The notes beneath the pieces are model-generated. The model made no database searches. It was given only the letters and a program-made list of their open reading frames with translations, and was not told where the DNA came from. 64,000 nt of DNA from a virus: the IMG/VR virus record IMGVR_UViG_3300045988_152944. One strand, written 5' to 3'. Shown here piece by piece: positions 52,558-60,819 of the stretch; within the stretch, counting starts at the first letter, position 1, and every line of letters begins with the position of its first letter. The position numbers and the translations under genes were made by a program.

Positions 52558-53040
52558 TCACTTTTTCAGCGCGTTTTTAGCGATCCACTTCGGTATTTCC
52601 ACGAGCGTGTCTCTTGCACATTCGATTTCGACGACGGCTTCGTCTGATGTCGCTCGAAGGTCGACAACGAAGTAGATGTTCGGGTTTTCTTTCGTCAAGA
52701 TGCGGAATCGAACCTTTTCGTCGAGCGCTGTGTTCGGATAAAGACTACGAACGCTGGCGAATTCGGCCGGTAGAATGGGCCGTTCAAACTCGATTTGGTT
52801 GTCTTTATCAAGTTTGTACTTGGTGCACGCTGTGTATGTGCAGGCGCCGCTGCTGTCAACGAGTTCGCGAATACGACTACGAGCGATGCCATCGTTATAC
52901 GTCCACAGTTGACGGATGATGTATCGGGTAACGACTGTGAATGGTTTGTATGGGCTCGTTAGAAGGTTGACGAAGACCGACTTCGGAAGATGATATCGGA
53001 GTTCGTGTTCGAGTTCGTACGATGATGAGTTAGTTGTCAT
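52558..53040 (-). CDS. CYTH / triphosphate-tunnel metalloenzyme family protein
   Basis: Ordered CYTH-like strand motifs: YELEHELRY (ExExK-type), SRIRE, TKYK, IEFERPI, EKVRFRI and FVVDL..AVVEIE. Confidence 0.6.
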   Translation of the reverse strand: MTTNSSSYELEHELRYHLPKSVFVNLLTSPYKPFTVVTRYIIRQLWTYNDGIARSRIRELVDSSGACTYTACTKYKLDKDNQIEFERPILPAEFASVRSLYPNTALDEKVRFRILTKENPNIYFVVDLRATSDEAVVEIECARDTLVEIPKWIAKNALKK

Positions 53041-53060
53041 TTGTTGCCTCCTTTGGCGGT

Positions 53061-53120
53061 GATTTAAAGTGATTTATAGGGGTTTATGGGGGTTTATAGC
53101 GGGTTATGGGCGGTTAGAGG
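53061..53120. repeat. six tandem 10-bp G-rich repeats (consensus GGTTTATRGG)
   Basis: gatttaaagt gatttatagg ggtttatggg ggtttatagc gggttatggg cggttagagg, in perfect 10-nt register. Confidence 0.9.
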
Positions 53121-53204
53121 GAAATTTTGCCCTTTTTACAAAGAGGTCCAGGACACTGTATAAAATTTTTGACCACTTCTGACCACACCCATAGAAATTA
53201 ATAT

Positions 53205-53230
53205 CCATATAGACCTTTCGGTCTATATGG
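53205..53230 (-). terminator. 11-bp perfect hairpin CCATATAGACC-TTTC-GGTCTATATGG, 3 nt after the stop of 53233..53832
   Basis: Read directly. The downstream tract is only moderately U-rich. Confidence 0.45.
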
Positions 53231-53232
53231 GC

Positions 53233-53832
53233 TTATAAATTCTCTTCTTGTTCTACTCTTTCAGCCTTTCTCAAAAGCATCTTAGCACACATCGGGCAGA
53301 ACACGTAGGAGTGCCCCCATGTTTCGTTCTCCGTCGTCCGGCCAAAAACTTCGACTCTGGCCATAGCGTTGCCCGACGGGAATTCTCGTCCGCAGTTATC
53401 GCACGTTTCCTGTTCTCGTACTTGTACAAAACGAGGGCGATTGACTTTCATATTCTTAATCAGCGGAAATTCTCGATGTCCGATATATAACCCAATCTTT
53501 GCCAATTTGTTGTTGATACATTCTCTTTCTGTTTTTAAGTCATCCATACAAGGCTGCCCCTTATTTGAGCAGAAGTTGCAGAACCAGCTTTCGATCAGCA
53601 GACGGGCTCGTTCGTTGGTCAAGCCGTTCTTGATTTGTTGGCTCTTTTCTTTGTTTCTAACTGAACGAATGTAGCATCCTCTCAACTGACCCAGCACCGC
53701 TCGGCAGTCGTTGCAGATCCACGCAGAATCATCGAAGAGCAGCCCATCGTTTTCGGGTTTGCCGCAGACAGCGCACGTACGACAGCGTTTGGTAGTTAAG
53801 TCCTCGAATGCCTCTTTATTTGCGTCAGCCAT
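53233..53832 (-). CDS. multi-zinc-ribbon protein (199 aa)
   Basis: CRTCAVCG..CNDC, CNFC..C, CDNCG..CPMC. Confidence 0.6.
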   Translation of the reverse strand: MADANKEAFEDLTTKRCRTCAVCGKPENDGLLFDDSAWICNDCRAVLGQLRGCYIRSVRNKEKSQQIKNGLTNERARLLIESWFCNFCSNKGQPCMDDLKTERECINNKLAKIGLYIGHREFPLIKNMKVNRPRFVQVREQETCDNCGREFPSGNAMARVEVFGRTTENETWGHSYVFCPMCAKMLLRKAERVEQEENL

Positions 53833-54265
53833 TTTGTTCTCCTATATACTTTCTAAACTCGCACGGCTCTTCGTCTTCCCATTTGATAGTTTGGAACATA
53901 TGATTAAACAAGGGCAATCTATGATGAGGCGAGTCAGTCAAGGCTCCGCTTTCTTTACGCAGCCTATCTTCGTAAACGAAAATATTACCATCACTATCTC
54001 TCGCTATCCACTTATAGTTTTCTGGTAAATTCCGCAAGATAGCCTTTTCATCTTCGGTAAATTTCCACTTTGGCTGTTCGACGTATTCAGCGTTTAGCCA
54101 TTCCCTAAAACTATTAATACAAGTAAGAGTGTCATCAAATTTGCAATCTTGACACTCACATTCCTTGCACAACATAACTTTGTTAGTGTGTTTATCTACT
54201 GCCAACAAACCTCTGTCGCATACAACGTCGAGTATTTCTTTTTCGTACTTTTCTCTATTTGTCAT
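53825..54265 (-). CDS. hypothetical protein
   Basis: Promoter at 54301..54341; AAGGAG upstream. Confidence 0.6.
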   Translation of the reverse strand: MTNREKYEKEILDVVCDRGLLAVDKHTNKVMLCKECECQDCKFDDTLTCINSFREWLNAEYVEQPKWKFTEDEKAILRNLPENYKWIARDSDGNIFVYEDRLRKESGALTDSPHHRLPLFNHMFQTIKWEDEEPCEFRKYIGEQNG

Positions 54266-54300
54266 AATATTACTCCTTCTGTTTACGATTCTTTAAAATC

Positions 54301-54341
54301 ATTATAATATAAAAAACCGAGTTTGTCAACCTTCTGTGACA
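54301..54341 (-). promoter_or_regulatory. promoter TTTGTCA-N8-TGACAAA (-35) -N17-TATAAT
   Basis: -10 at 54301..54306, -35 at 54324..54329, TGTCA at 54337..54341. Confidence 0.7.
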
Positions 54342-54361
54342 AAACCGACCGTCGTCGTTTG

Positions 54362-55471
54362 TCAACCGTTGGTGACAGAATCCCAACGCGCGTGAACAAT
54401 TTTGAGGAACCGGTCGAACGAGAGTTCTTCAAGATATCGTTCGGGGGTATAGTCGATGTCGTCATACCACTTGAAACAATAATCAGGATATCGGGTGCCC
54501 GATTCTTTAACAACCAAAGCGAAATCTTTGCGAGGATATGCTTTGTATTTACTTTCGGTCATTGTCGTTCTCAATTCCTCTTTGAGGGCGTTGAGTAGTT
54601 TATATAGTTTTGTTACGACAGGAGCATATTCGGGCGCGTAAGTCACAAATTCGTCCAGGTCGCCAGCGCGGTAATATTGCAATAACCCTTTGAGCGAAAC
54701 CTGCCCATTGTTCTTCATATAATGCGCCGCGATGTATGTCGGTGATTTCACCTTGATTCTATTCCAGTGAGCGTCAACCACAACATACCCTTCTTCATTA
54801 TAACTCAAATGAGCCGCCGCCTCTATACAGTCTTGGAGGGAATGGAGAGGATATTCGGTTGGTTTCTGCACCCCGATGTTGGGATTGCTCTCTTCGTTCG
54901 TTTTGTTGTTTCGAGTGCCGATGTGGTAGATCGTTGGTTCGCCATATTGACACACGACTTTATTATATTTCGAGCAAAGTTCAAATGAATAAGTGCAGTC
55001 GGAGTCGAGGTGTTCGTAGGATGGGAGCTGTGTCTGTCGCGCCGTATCGAAGAGTTCGCCGAAGGTGTGATATGGGCAGTTGCCTGTTATAAGGTCTGAC
55101 TGCTGGAGCTCCGCCTTGTAAGCGTCGATCGTCCCGTTCGTAGAGACACGCCATTGTCCTTTGTCGTACCACACTTTAATGAGCGAGCCGTCCATCTTGG
55201 CTTGGCAGCGTGCCGTCGTCCAGTCTATTTCAGGGGCATAAGACTCGCCGAAATTACCGAACTTATCGAACGAATGACAAACCACTTCCCAAGTATATTT
55301 GTTCAAAATTAAACCACGGCATTCTTGAACAATTGGGTTGGCAAAATCGGCGGTAATTCCATATTTTAAAAGAAGGTAGTTTTCATCTTCTTTTATTATA
55401 ATGGAAAGTCCTTCCAATGTTTTGCGCCAGTTTAAGTCTGTTGTAATTAAATTTTGAACTTTTAATTCCAT
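54362..55471 (-). CDS. ATP-dependent RNA ligase, T4 Rnl1-like
   Basis: ECRGLIL..FDKFGNFGE precedes motif I KMDGSL. FELCS, EGYVVVD and RIKVKSP are consistent with motifs III, IV and V. Start moved to the ATG at 55471 (AGGAG upstream). Confidence 0.7.
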   Translation of the reverse strand: MELKVQNLITTDLNWRKTLEGLSIIIKEDENYLLLKYGITADFANPIVQECRGLILNKYTWEVVCHSFDKFGNFGESYAPEIDWTTARCQAKMDGSLIKVWYDKGQWRVSTNGTIDAYKAELQQSDLITGNCPYHTFGELFDTARQTQLPSYEHLDSDCTYSFELCSKYNKVVCQYGEPTIYHIGTRNNKTNEESNPNIGVQKPTEYPLHSLQDCIEAAAHLSYNEEGYVVVDAHWNRIKVKSPTYIAAHYMKNNGQVSLKGLLQYYRAGDLDEFVTYAPEYAPVVTKLYKLLNALKEELRTTMTESKYKAYPRKDFALVVKESGTRYPDYCFKWYDDIDYTPERYLEELSFDRFLKIVHARWDSVTNG

Positions 55472-55475
55472 AGTT

Positions 55476-56399
55476 TTACGCTCCTGCGATGTCACATTCG
55501 TTGAAGAAATCGAGCAAGATTTTGATGTTCGCCGGCAACGATTTATATCGTCTGCTCTCTTTCACAAACTTCAACATATGTATATTTATAAGATACGCCG
55601 TGCATAAGTCAGCGTCAATATTCGTAGCATCTACGCCCTCAATTCCGAGATACAGATACGTCGAAACGTTCTCGTGCCCATAATAATGAGCTTCTTTCGG
55701 CGTGAATTCTTGTCTCGCGTTGAAGAAGGATTTTACGAAAGGCTTGCCAACGTCGTGCCATGTTGCCACCTCTCGAAGGATGGGGTAAACCAAATTCTTT
55801 GTATCTTCGTCGGGGAAACGAGAGTTATCCTCGGCGTACAAAAGTGTATGAACTGCTTTTTGGACTCGGTAGATGTGTTCGCTAATTGAGCCATCGTGAT
55901 GAGGGTTATCGTGAGGAATATTTAGCAAATCGAATAACTCTGCGGAATCATATCCCACGCTATCATTCTTGAGAATGGTAATGTCGTCCCACCCCTCGTC
56001 ATAGTAGGGGACCTCAAATTGTGTCAACATACGCCGAATTACTTCGGGTTCTACCTTTCTTTCTCTTCTAGCGTTGCGTTCTAAACAAGTGCTGTATCGA
56101 GCCCACACAACAATTACATGTTTCTTCGTACCTTTTGGAAGCTGTTCTAGTAAGCCCCTGCGGCGTCTGCTTGCGAGATTGGTCGCATCGTAGCACACCG
56201 ATTCTCCTCTCAAGAGAGCTTCTCTGGTACGACGCAACATTAATTCAAACACTGTATTGTGCTTGCCGAGAATATTTTCGTCGCCATAAAGTTCATTGCG
56301 AATCGCATCACTACTGATGATTGTCATACTTTTTTGAGCCGCAGCTATTGTACTCTTCCCCGAACCAGGAAGCCCTATATACATATAAAAATCGGCCAT
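55476..56399 (-). CDS. bifunctional end-healing enzyme: N-terminal P-loop polynucleotide kinase fused to a C-terminal HD phosphohydrolase
   Basis: GLPGSGKST, SSDAIR and RRRR lid-like segments; then NPHHDG..WHDVGKP..YYGHE, which are HD-domain metal ligands. Confidence 0.7.
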   Translation of the reverse strand: MADFYMYIGLPGSGKSTIAAAQKSMTIISSDAIRNELYGDENILGKHNTVFELMLRRTREALLRGESVCYDATNLASRRRRGLLEQLPKGTKKHVIVVWARYSTCLERNARRERKVEPEVIRRMLTQFEVPYYDEGWDDITILKNDSVGYDSAELFDLLNIPHDNPHHDGSISEHIYRVQKAVHTLLYAEDNSRFPDEDTKNLVYPILREVATWHDVGKPFVKSFFNARQEFTPKEAHYYGHENVSTYLYLGIEGVDATNIDADLCTAYLINIHMLKFVKESRRYKSLPANIKILLDFFNECDIAGA

Positions 56400-56930
56400 C
56401 TAACCCTCCTTTTTTTCTTGTGCGTCGGTAGCGTAATAACAATCGATGGCATCGATCAGGGAATGTTCTGCGTAAAATCCCCCGATCCAACGCTTCAAAT
56501 TGGAAGAGAAGTAATCTGTCTCTATTAATTCTCTGTAGTTGTACAACTCTCTTAACCTATAAATATAGGCAGCAGCGATATCCTTCACTATCTCAACACA
56601 GTGGTTCTTGGCTTGTTCTATGCCGAAGTCGTATTTAAGCAGCGTGCTTTTTTCTTGCTCCCACTTCTTATCAAAGAATCTGTTCAAGACATATTCCAGT
56701 ATCTCTGCAATGTGTCTCGGATCGTCGTCATACTCCTTAAAATGATACTGTGAGCAGAATTCACGGAATTTCGCAACCGAACAGACGCCACTAAAGAAGC
56801 AGTCACAAATGGTTAGCCCATTTCCGCCTGCGTATAACTTAGCGACCTCGTCTTTATGTGTCAGTCGGAATCGTAGATCGTCCATCGCTCGGATGAATTC
56901 GTCTCTATAATTGTTACCTTCTTTACTCAC
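56400..56930 (-). CDS. hypothetical protein
   Basis: GTG start with AAGGAGG 6 nt upstream. Confidence 0.55.
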   Translation of the reverse strand: MSKEGNNYRDEFIRAMDDLRFRLTHKDEVAKLYAGGNGLTICDCFFSGVCSVAKFREFCSQYHFKEYDDDPRHIAEILEYVLNRFFDKKWEQEKSTLLKYDFGIEQAKNHCVEIVKDIAAAYIYRLRELYNYRELIETDYFSSNLKRWIGGFYAEHSLIDAIDCYYATDAQEKKEG

Positions 56931-56941
56931 GATATACCTCC

Positions 56942-57478
56942 TTAAACCTCCGTAATTATCGGCTCTTCTTTGACCTCTTCTTTCGTAGTCGCCGGTGTAA
57001 GGGGTTTTTTAAAGAGTGAGAGTTTCTCGTAATGCGTCAGCAAAATCTCGATGAGATCCCTAAACGGCATCGTTACCGAAAACTGTAAACTGTACCCGTA
57101 GTTATCCAGATCGAACACCGACAGCGCCGCAAGCAGCATGTAAGCTTTTGTGATATACCACATCGGCAGCTCCGAGGGTTCTTCGGCGACGTCGAAATAA
57201 GTCAGCAAAAATATCCACATGTCGCGAGGAAGTCTCTTCATAATTGCGTCGACATACCCGTCTGCTTGGGAATATTGTTCCAAGAGCTTTTTGAACGCCT
57301 CTTGAGAAATCAAAGTGCTGAAAAATTTGTCGCAGATTGCTTCTCTGTCTTCTACAGTTGTCCCTTCTACGAGACGGCGCTGCCGAAAGTCGTCAAACTC
57401 TCTAACGAGGCGGACTATCTTCTTTGCGTACTGATAGTCTGTCTCTCCGATAATTATTTGTCTTGTCGTAGTATCCAT
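56942..57478 (-). CDS. hypothetical protein
   Basis: ORF track. Confidence 0.55.
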   Translation of the reverse strand: MDTTTRQIIIGETDYQYAKKIVRLVREFDDFRQRRLVEGTTVEDREAICDKFFSTLISQEAFKKLLEQYSQADGYVDAIMKRLPRDMWIFLLTYFDVAEEPSELPMWYITKAYMLLAALSVFDLDNYGYSLQFSVTMPFRDLIEILLTHYEKLSLFKKPLTPATTKEEVKEEPIITEV

Positions 57479-57493
57479 AATTCAATTCTCCTT

Positions 57494-58006
57494 TTAACCG
57501 CCGATTCTTGGATCGGGAGCTTCCCACATAAAGTCTGTATACGGGATTATTCTATCTTTCGTGATTTCTCCATTGATGACTTCGATTTCTTGGCAAAATT
57601 CCATACCCGACTCAGTGGCAAAAATACGAAAGTCGACGCCGTACTTTTTGGAAATCTGAGCAAGGTTATCGGCTACAATGCCCCACGCTTGTTTAACATC
57701 TATGAAAATTAAACAAGTATCTCCCCGTCGGACTACACAACTGTCGATAACGTCGCTGGCAACGAACATCCGGCGGGTATCTTTGATATAAAGCTCATCC
57801 GTGTTTGTGATATACACGCCGTTGTTATCGATTTCTGTAGTTACCCCTTCGCGTGGAATCGCTGTTTCTTCAAGACTGATTATCCCCTTGTCATTCAGAT
57901 GTGGAATATATTTATAATCGTTATAATCAGTTCCTTCAAAAAGAAATCTCTTAATATTCTCCATTGAACCACGTACTTTAAGTACGCCTTCGCACCAGTT
58001 TGGCAT
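57494..58006 (-). CDS. MPNWC-motif protein (Api92/DUF1281-like, putative), copy 2
   Basis: N-terminus MPNWCEGVLKVRGSMEN. Same length (170 aa) as 41533..42045. Confidence 0.5.
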   Translation of the reverse strand: MPNWCEGVLKVRGSMENIKRFLFEGTDYNDYKYIPHLNDKGIISLEETAIPREGVTTEIDNNGVYITNTDELYIKDTRRMFVASDVIDSCVVRRGDTCLIFIDVKQAWGIVADNLAQISKKYGVDFRIFATESGMEFCQEIEVINGEITKDRIIPYTDFMWEAPDPRIGG

Positions 58007-58008
58007 CG

Positions 58009-58218
58009 TTATATCTCCTTATGGGTTAGTCCTTCGGCGTCGTGCACCAGTTGTTCGATCCATTGTTTTACGCCACACTTCAAATCTCGCATCGCTTCTT
58101 CCGGGGAGTGCCCACGACCCATAAGTCGGGGGGCATCTTCGGGAAGGAAACCTGTGAGTTCTGCCCAATATATAGTGGCGCAATTATTTTGCGCTTTGGT
58201 TATCTGAATGTTTACCAT
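58009..58218 (-). CDS. hypothetical small protein (HicB/UPF0150-like pattern suspected)
   Basis: YWAEL..FLPEDAPRLMGRGHSPEEAMRDLKCGVKQWIEQL resembles the HicB N-terminal domain. No HicA partner was seen. Confidence 0.35.
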   Translation of the reverse strand: MVNIQITKAQNNCATIYWAELTGFLPEDAPRLMGRGHSPEEAMRDLKCGVKQWIEQLVHDAEGLTHKEI

Positions 58219-58220
58219 TG

Positions 58221-58772
58221 TTAGATTGTTTGATCGCCAAACAGTGGCGCTCCTTCTGTTCCCAAGGATTCTAAGACTTCAGCTTCACATGCGGATAAGA
58301 AGGTAAAGTACTCATTCGTTAGGGAAAGAGACTTGGCAATTTTAGCCAGTTGCCTATAGACAACCTCATAACAGAATTCATACTTCGCTGTTTTGGAACA
58401 GCACACACGGAAATTGTATGCTCGAGTGGAATGATAATTTTCACGCTCGTTATCGAGTTCTGTGAGTTTATCGAGGTACAGTATTTTACAGGCGAAAGTA
58501 GCCAACCGTTCTGCAAGTTCAGCATCCACTTTATCTTGGACCAGTCCTTTAAGAATCAACCTTGAACCCATCGGTTTACGGTCGATGGGGGTGAGGATAT
58601 CACAGATAGTAGACACCACTTGGCGGCGGCTCATTATTAGTGAGTAAAATACAGAAAGGGCTGTTTCACTTTGCTGTTTGGTGCCGGTGAAACCTTTCCC
58701 TATGAGTTGGAGAGTATCAAAAAACCTCTCCACGTCTGCGTTGGACATCTTCTTGCTTTCTTTAATTTTCAT
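58221..58772 (-). CDS. hypothetical protein
   Basis: Start moved to the ATG at 58772, 1 nt after the upstream stop. Confidence 0.5.
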   Translation of the reverse strand: MKIKESKKMSNADVERFFDTLQLIGKGFTGTKQQSETALSVFYSLIMSRRQVVSTICDILTPIDRKPMGSRLILKGLVQDKVDAELAERLATFACKILYLDKLTELDNERENYHSTRAYNFRVCCSKTAKYEFCYEVVYRQLAKIAKSLSLTNEYFTFLSACEAEVLESLGTEGAPLFGDQTI

Positions 58773-58773
58773 A

Positions 58774-59241
58774 TTATATTCTCTCTTCGTATAGTTTTTG
58801 TAGATTAGGAAGGTATAGTGCGTAATGCACGATGGTAACTTTACCATAGTAAATAACCCCCTCCCCGTCGTGCGCCAATAGACTCCAACCACAGAGTTCG
58901 TGACACTCCATTATTTCGCGCAAGATGTCTATGGGGTAAGTTTCTGACCATTTGCCGAGCGCTTCGTTGTAAGCCTTTTGCTCTATCTTTTCTGCTTGAG
59001 TAACAAACTCTTTGCCGAGCGCTTGTAGATCGGTGTTGTCGTTTACTGGTAGGGACACACTATAAGTTTCCAGTTTACCACGGAGTTGATTATAAGTTTC
59101 ACTTCCGGGAGATTCGGGATACGCAATGATGACTTCGTTCCCCCACACATTGAGCGATGAGTGGTAACAGGGGTAATTTAGGTTTCTAAGTGCGTCGGTA
59201 ACTGTTTGTCTGAGTGCGTTGTCTAATTCACGATTAATCAT
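58774..59241 (-). CDS. hypothetical protein
   Basis: ORF track. Confidence 0.55.
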   Translation of the reverse strand: MINRELDNALRQTVTDALRNLNYPCYHSSLNVWGNEVIIAYPESPGSETYNQLRGKLETYSVSLPVNDNTDLQALGKEFVTQAEKIEQKAYNEALGKWSETYPIDILREIMECHELCGWSLLAHDGEGVIYYGKVTIVHYALYLPNLQKLYEERI

Positions 59242-59539
59242 TTGAACCTCTTAACAACTCTTCCTCGGTGATGTTCTCGTCGTCGTCGCACTCGTATGCG
59301 ATTTCGAAGTTGGTATCAAACCGCGTGATTTTCGAGAACGGCGTACCAAGACCGAGGTCGTACTCACCTTCTGGGAGGGGTTTGGTGCACCTGTGATGAG
59401 CGAAAAAGAAGTCGTTGAGGGCTTGCGAGAGGGGAAGACCGTATTCTTGATAAACCCACAGGCCATCGCCGTCGTGTTTGCCCAAATAAAGAGCGTCTCC
59501 GCATTGTTTGCATCTTAAGTAGATTCTATTGTTTGCCAT
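59234..59539 (-). CDS. hypothetical protein
   Basis: ORF track; N-terminal CKQCG. Confidence 0.55.
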   Translation of the reverse strand: MANNRIYLRCKQCGDALYLGKHDGDGLWVYQEYGLPLSQALNDFFFAHHRCTKPLPEGEYDLGLGTPFSKITRFDTNFEIAYECDDDENITEEELLRGSND

Positions 59540-59540
59540 A

Positions 59541-60041
59541 TTATACCTCCTCTTGTTTCGGGAACCAATAAATCAAGACTGCGAGCGGCAGTCGAGTGTC
59601 TTGGCGCTTTTCTGTAACTATCACAAAGTCGTTAAGCAGTAGTTTATTATTCTCGATACCATCTGCCATTTTTGCAAGGAATGCTCGGAACAGATTTTTA
59701 TTGATGTCGGTGAGAGTTTTATAACCGAGGGTTCGGTCCATCACCAATTCAAACACACGTGGAAAGAAACAATCTATTTGCTGGGTCTGATTTGGGTCCG
59801 AGATAGTCTGCTGGATTCGTGCGGTGTCAGCAGCGTCCGGTTTCCCTAAGCGCAGACGGTGTGTAACCTCGTCGTCAACCGTGGTGGCATCGTACGAGAA
59901 ATAATACGTTTTATTGGGAATGAGAAAATCTACAGCTTGTGTAAGCTCTAGGAAAAGAGATAAGAGAATCTCTTTGGTGGACATGTTATATATCGGCAAG
60001 ACGATTTTGCTCACCTCGGTAGTGATGGTCGATTGCGTCAT
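59541..60041 (-). CDS. hypothetical protein
   Basis: ORF track. Confidence 0.55.
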   Translation of the reverse strand: MTQSTITTEVSKIVLPIYNMSTKEILLSLFLELTQAVDFLIPNKTYYFSYDATTVDDEVTHRLRLGKPDAADTARIQQTISDPNQTQQIDCFFPRVFELVMDRTLGYKTLTDINKNLFRAFLAKMADGIENNKLLLNDFVIVTEKRQDTRLPLAVLIYWFPKQEEV

Positions 60042-60208
60042 GCTTTAATCTCCTCTAGAACCTTGTTATAGATTGCTTCGGCTGCTTCCTGTGCGACTGG
60101 ACAAATGCTCTTTTCTTCCATTCCTGATAGAAACGAATCACACTTAAAATCACATACATTGCATATATATTTTGCTATTTCTTCAATTTGTTCTTGTTTC
60201 GTTTTCAT
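60038..60208 (-). CDS. hypothetical 56-aa Cys-containing protein (below the track cutoff)
   Basis: GAGGAG 6 nt before the ATG at 60208. ATGA overlap with the next gene. Begins MKTKQEQIEEIAKYICNVCDFKCDSF. Confidence 0.5.
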   Translation of the reverse strand: MKTKQEQIEEIAKYICNVCDFKCDSFLSGMEEKSICPVAQEAAEAIYNKVLEEIKA

Positions 60209-60211
60209 AAT

Positions 60212-60559
60212 CTACTCCTCAAGCATTTTCTTCGCTTTGTATAAAGCAACAGCAGTTTCTTTGCCTATTACATACCACCCATTACAAGAATATTCCTCAT
60301 AGTCGTCATCTGGGTTTCTTTCGAGTTTACACCCATACATATCCATATACCACCGCAATGCAGTTTTCAACTGAGCAATCTCTTTCGCCGTTTCTTTTCG
60401 GACTTCTTCGGCTTTTCGGTAGTTGTTTCCATAGAGAACGCTTGCAACTTCACTTTTATGCATCGGGTTTAATGAAACGCACTTGTCTAAAAGCTTCATA
60501 ATATCTTTTATTTCGTTTCTTTCTTTTGCCATTTCGTATATTTGTTCTTTTTTGGTCAT
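60212..60559 (-). CDS. hypothetical protein
   Basis: ORF track. Confidence 0.55.
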   Translation of the reverse strand: MTKKEQIYEMAKERNEIKDIMKLLDKCVSLNPMHKSEVASVLYGNNYRKAEEVRKETAKEIAQLKTALRWYMDMYGCKLERNPDDDYEEYSCNGWYVIGKETAVALYKAKKMLEE

Positions 60560-60807
60560 TTTACACTCCTTATTATGTTATAATATATCGTGTCGCCGTT
60601 GTTGAATGTGATTTGTCCACACGGGACCGCGCACTCTTTTTCGGTGCAGAACTGCAACGAGTTATCGTTTGCGTAATAATCCAAACGTGAAAAACTATCG
60701 CCGCGTGTAATCATTTTATCGCCAATAGCAATAACGTCATTGCCTGCTTCTATCCACGATTTTACCTGTGTAGTTTTGAACAATTTTTTAAGTTCCGAAA
60801 GCGTCAT
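60556..60807 (-). CDS. hypothetical small protein
   Basis: ORF track; 4-nt overlap with the next gene. Confidence 0.55.
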   Translation of the reverse strand: MTLSELKKLFKTTQVKSWIEAGNDVIAIGDKMITRGDSFSRLDYYANDNSLQFCTEKECAVPCGQITFNNGDTIYYNIIRSVK

Positions 60808-60819
60808 TTTCTTAACTCC

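Noticed and set aside
51601-52580. Track ORFs 51601..51852 (-), 52152..52343 (+) and 52350..52580 (+)
   Set aside because: They have no ribosome-binding sites, their translations are repeat-driven, and they overlap iterons and DnaA boxes. The region is better explained as non-coding.
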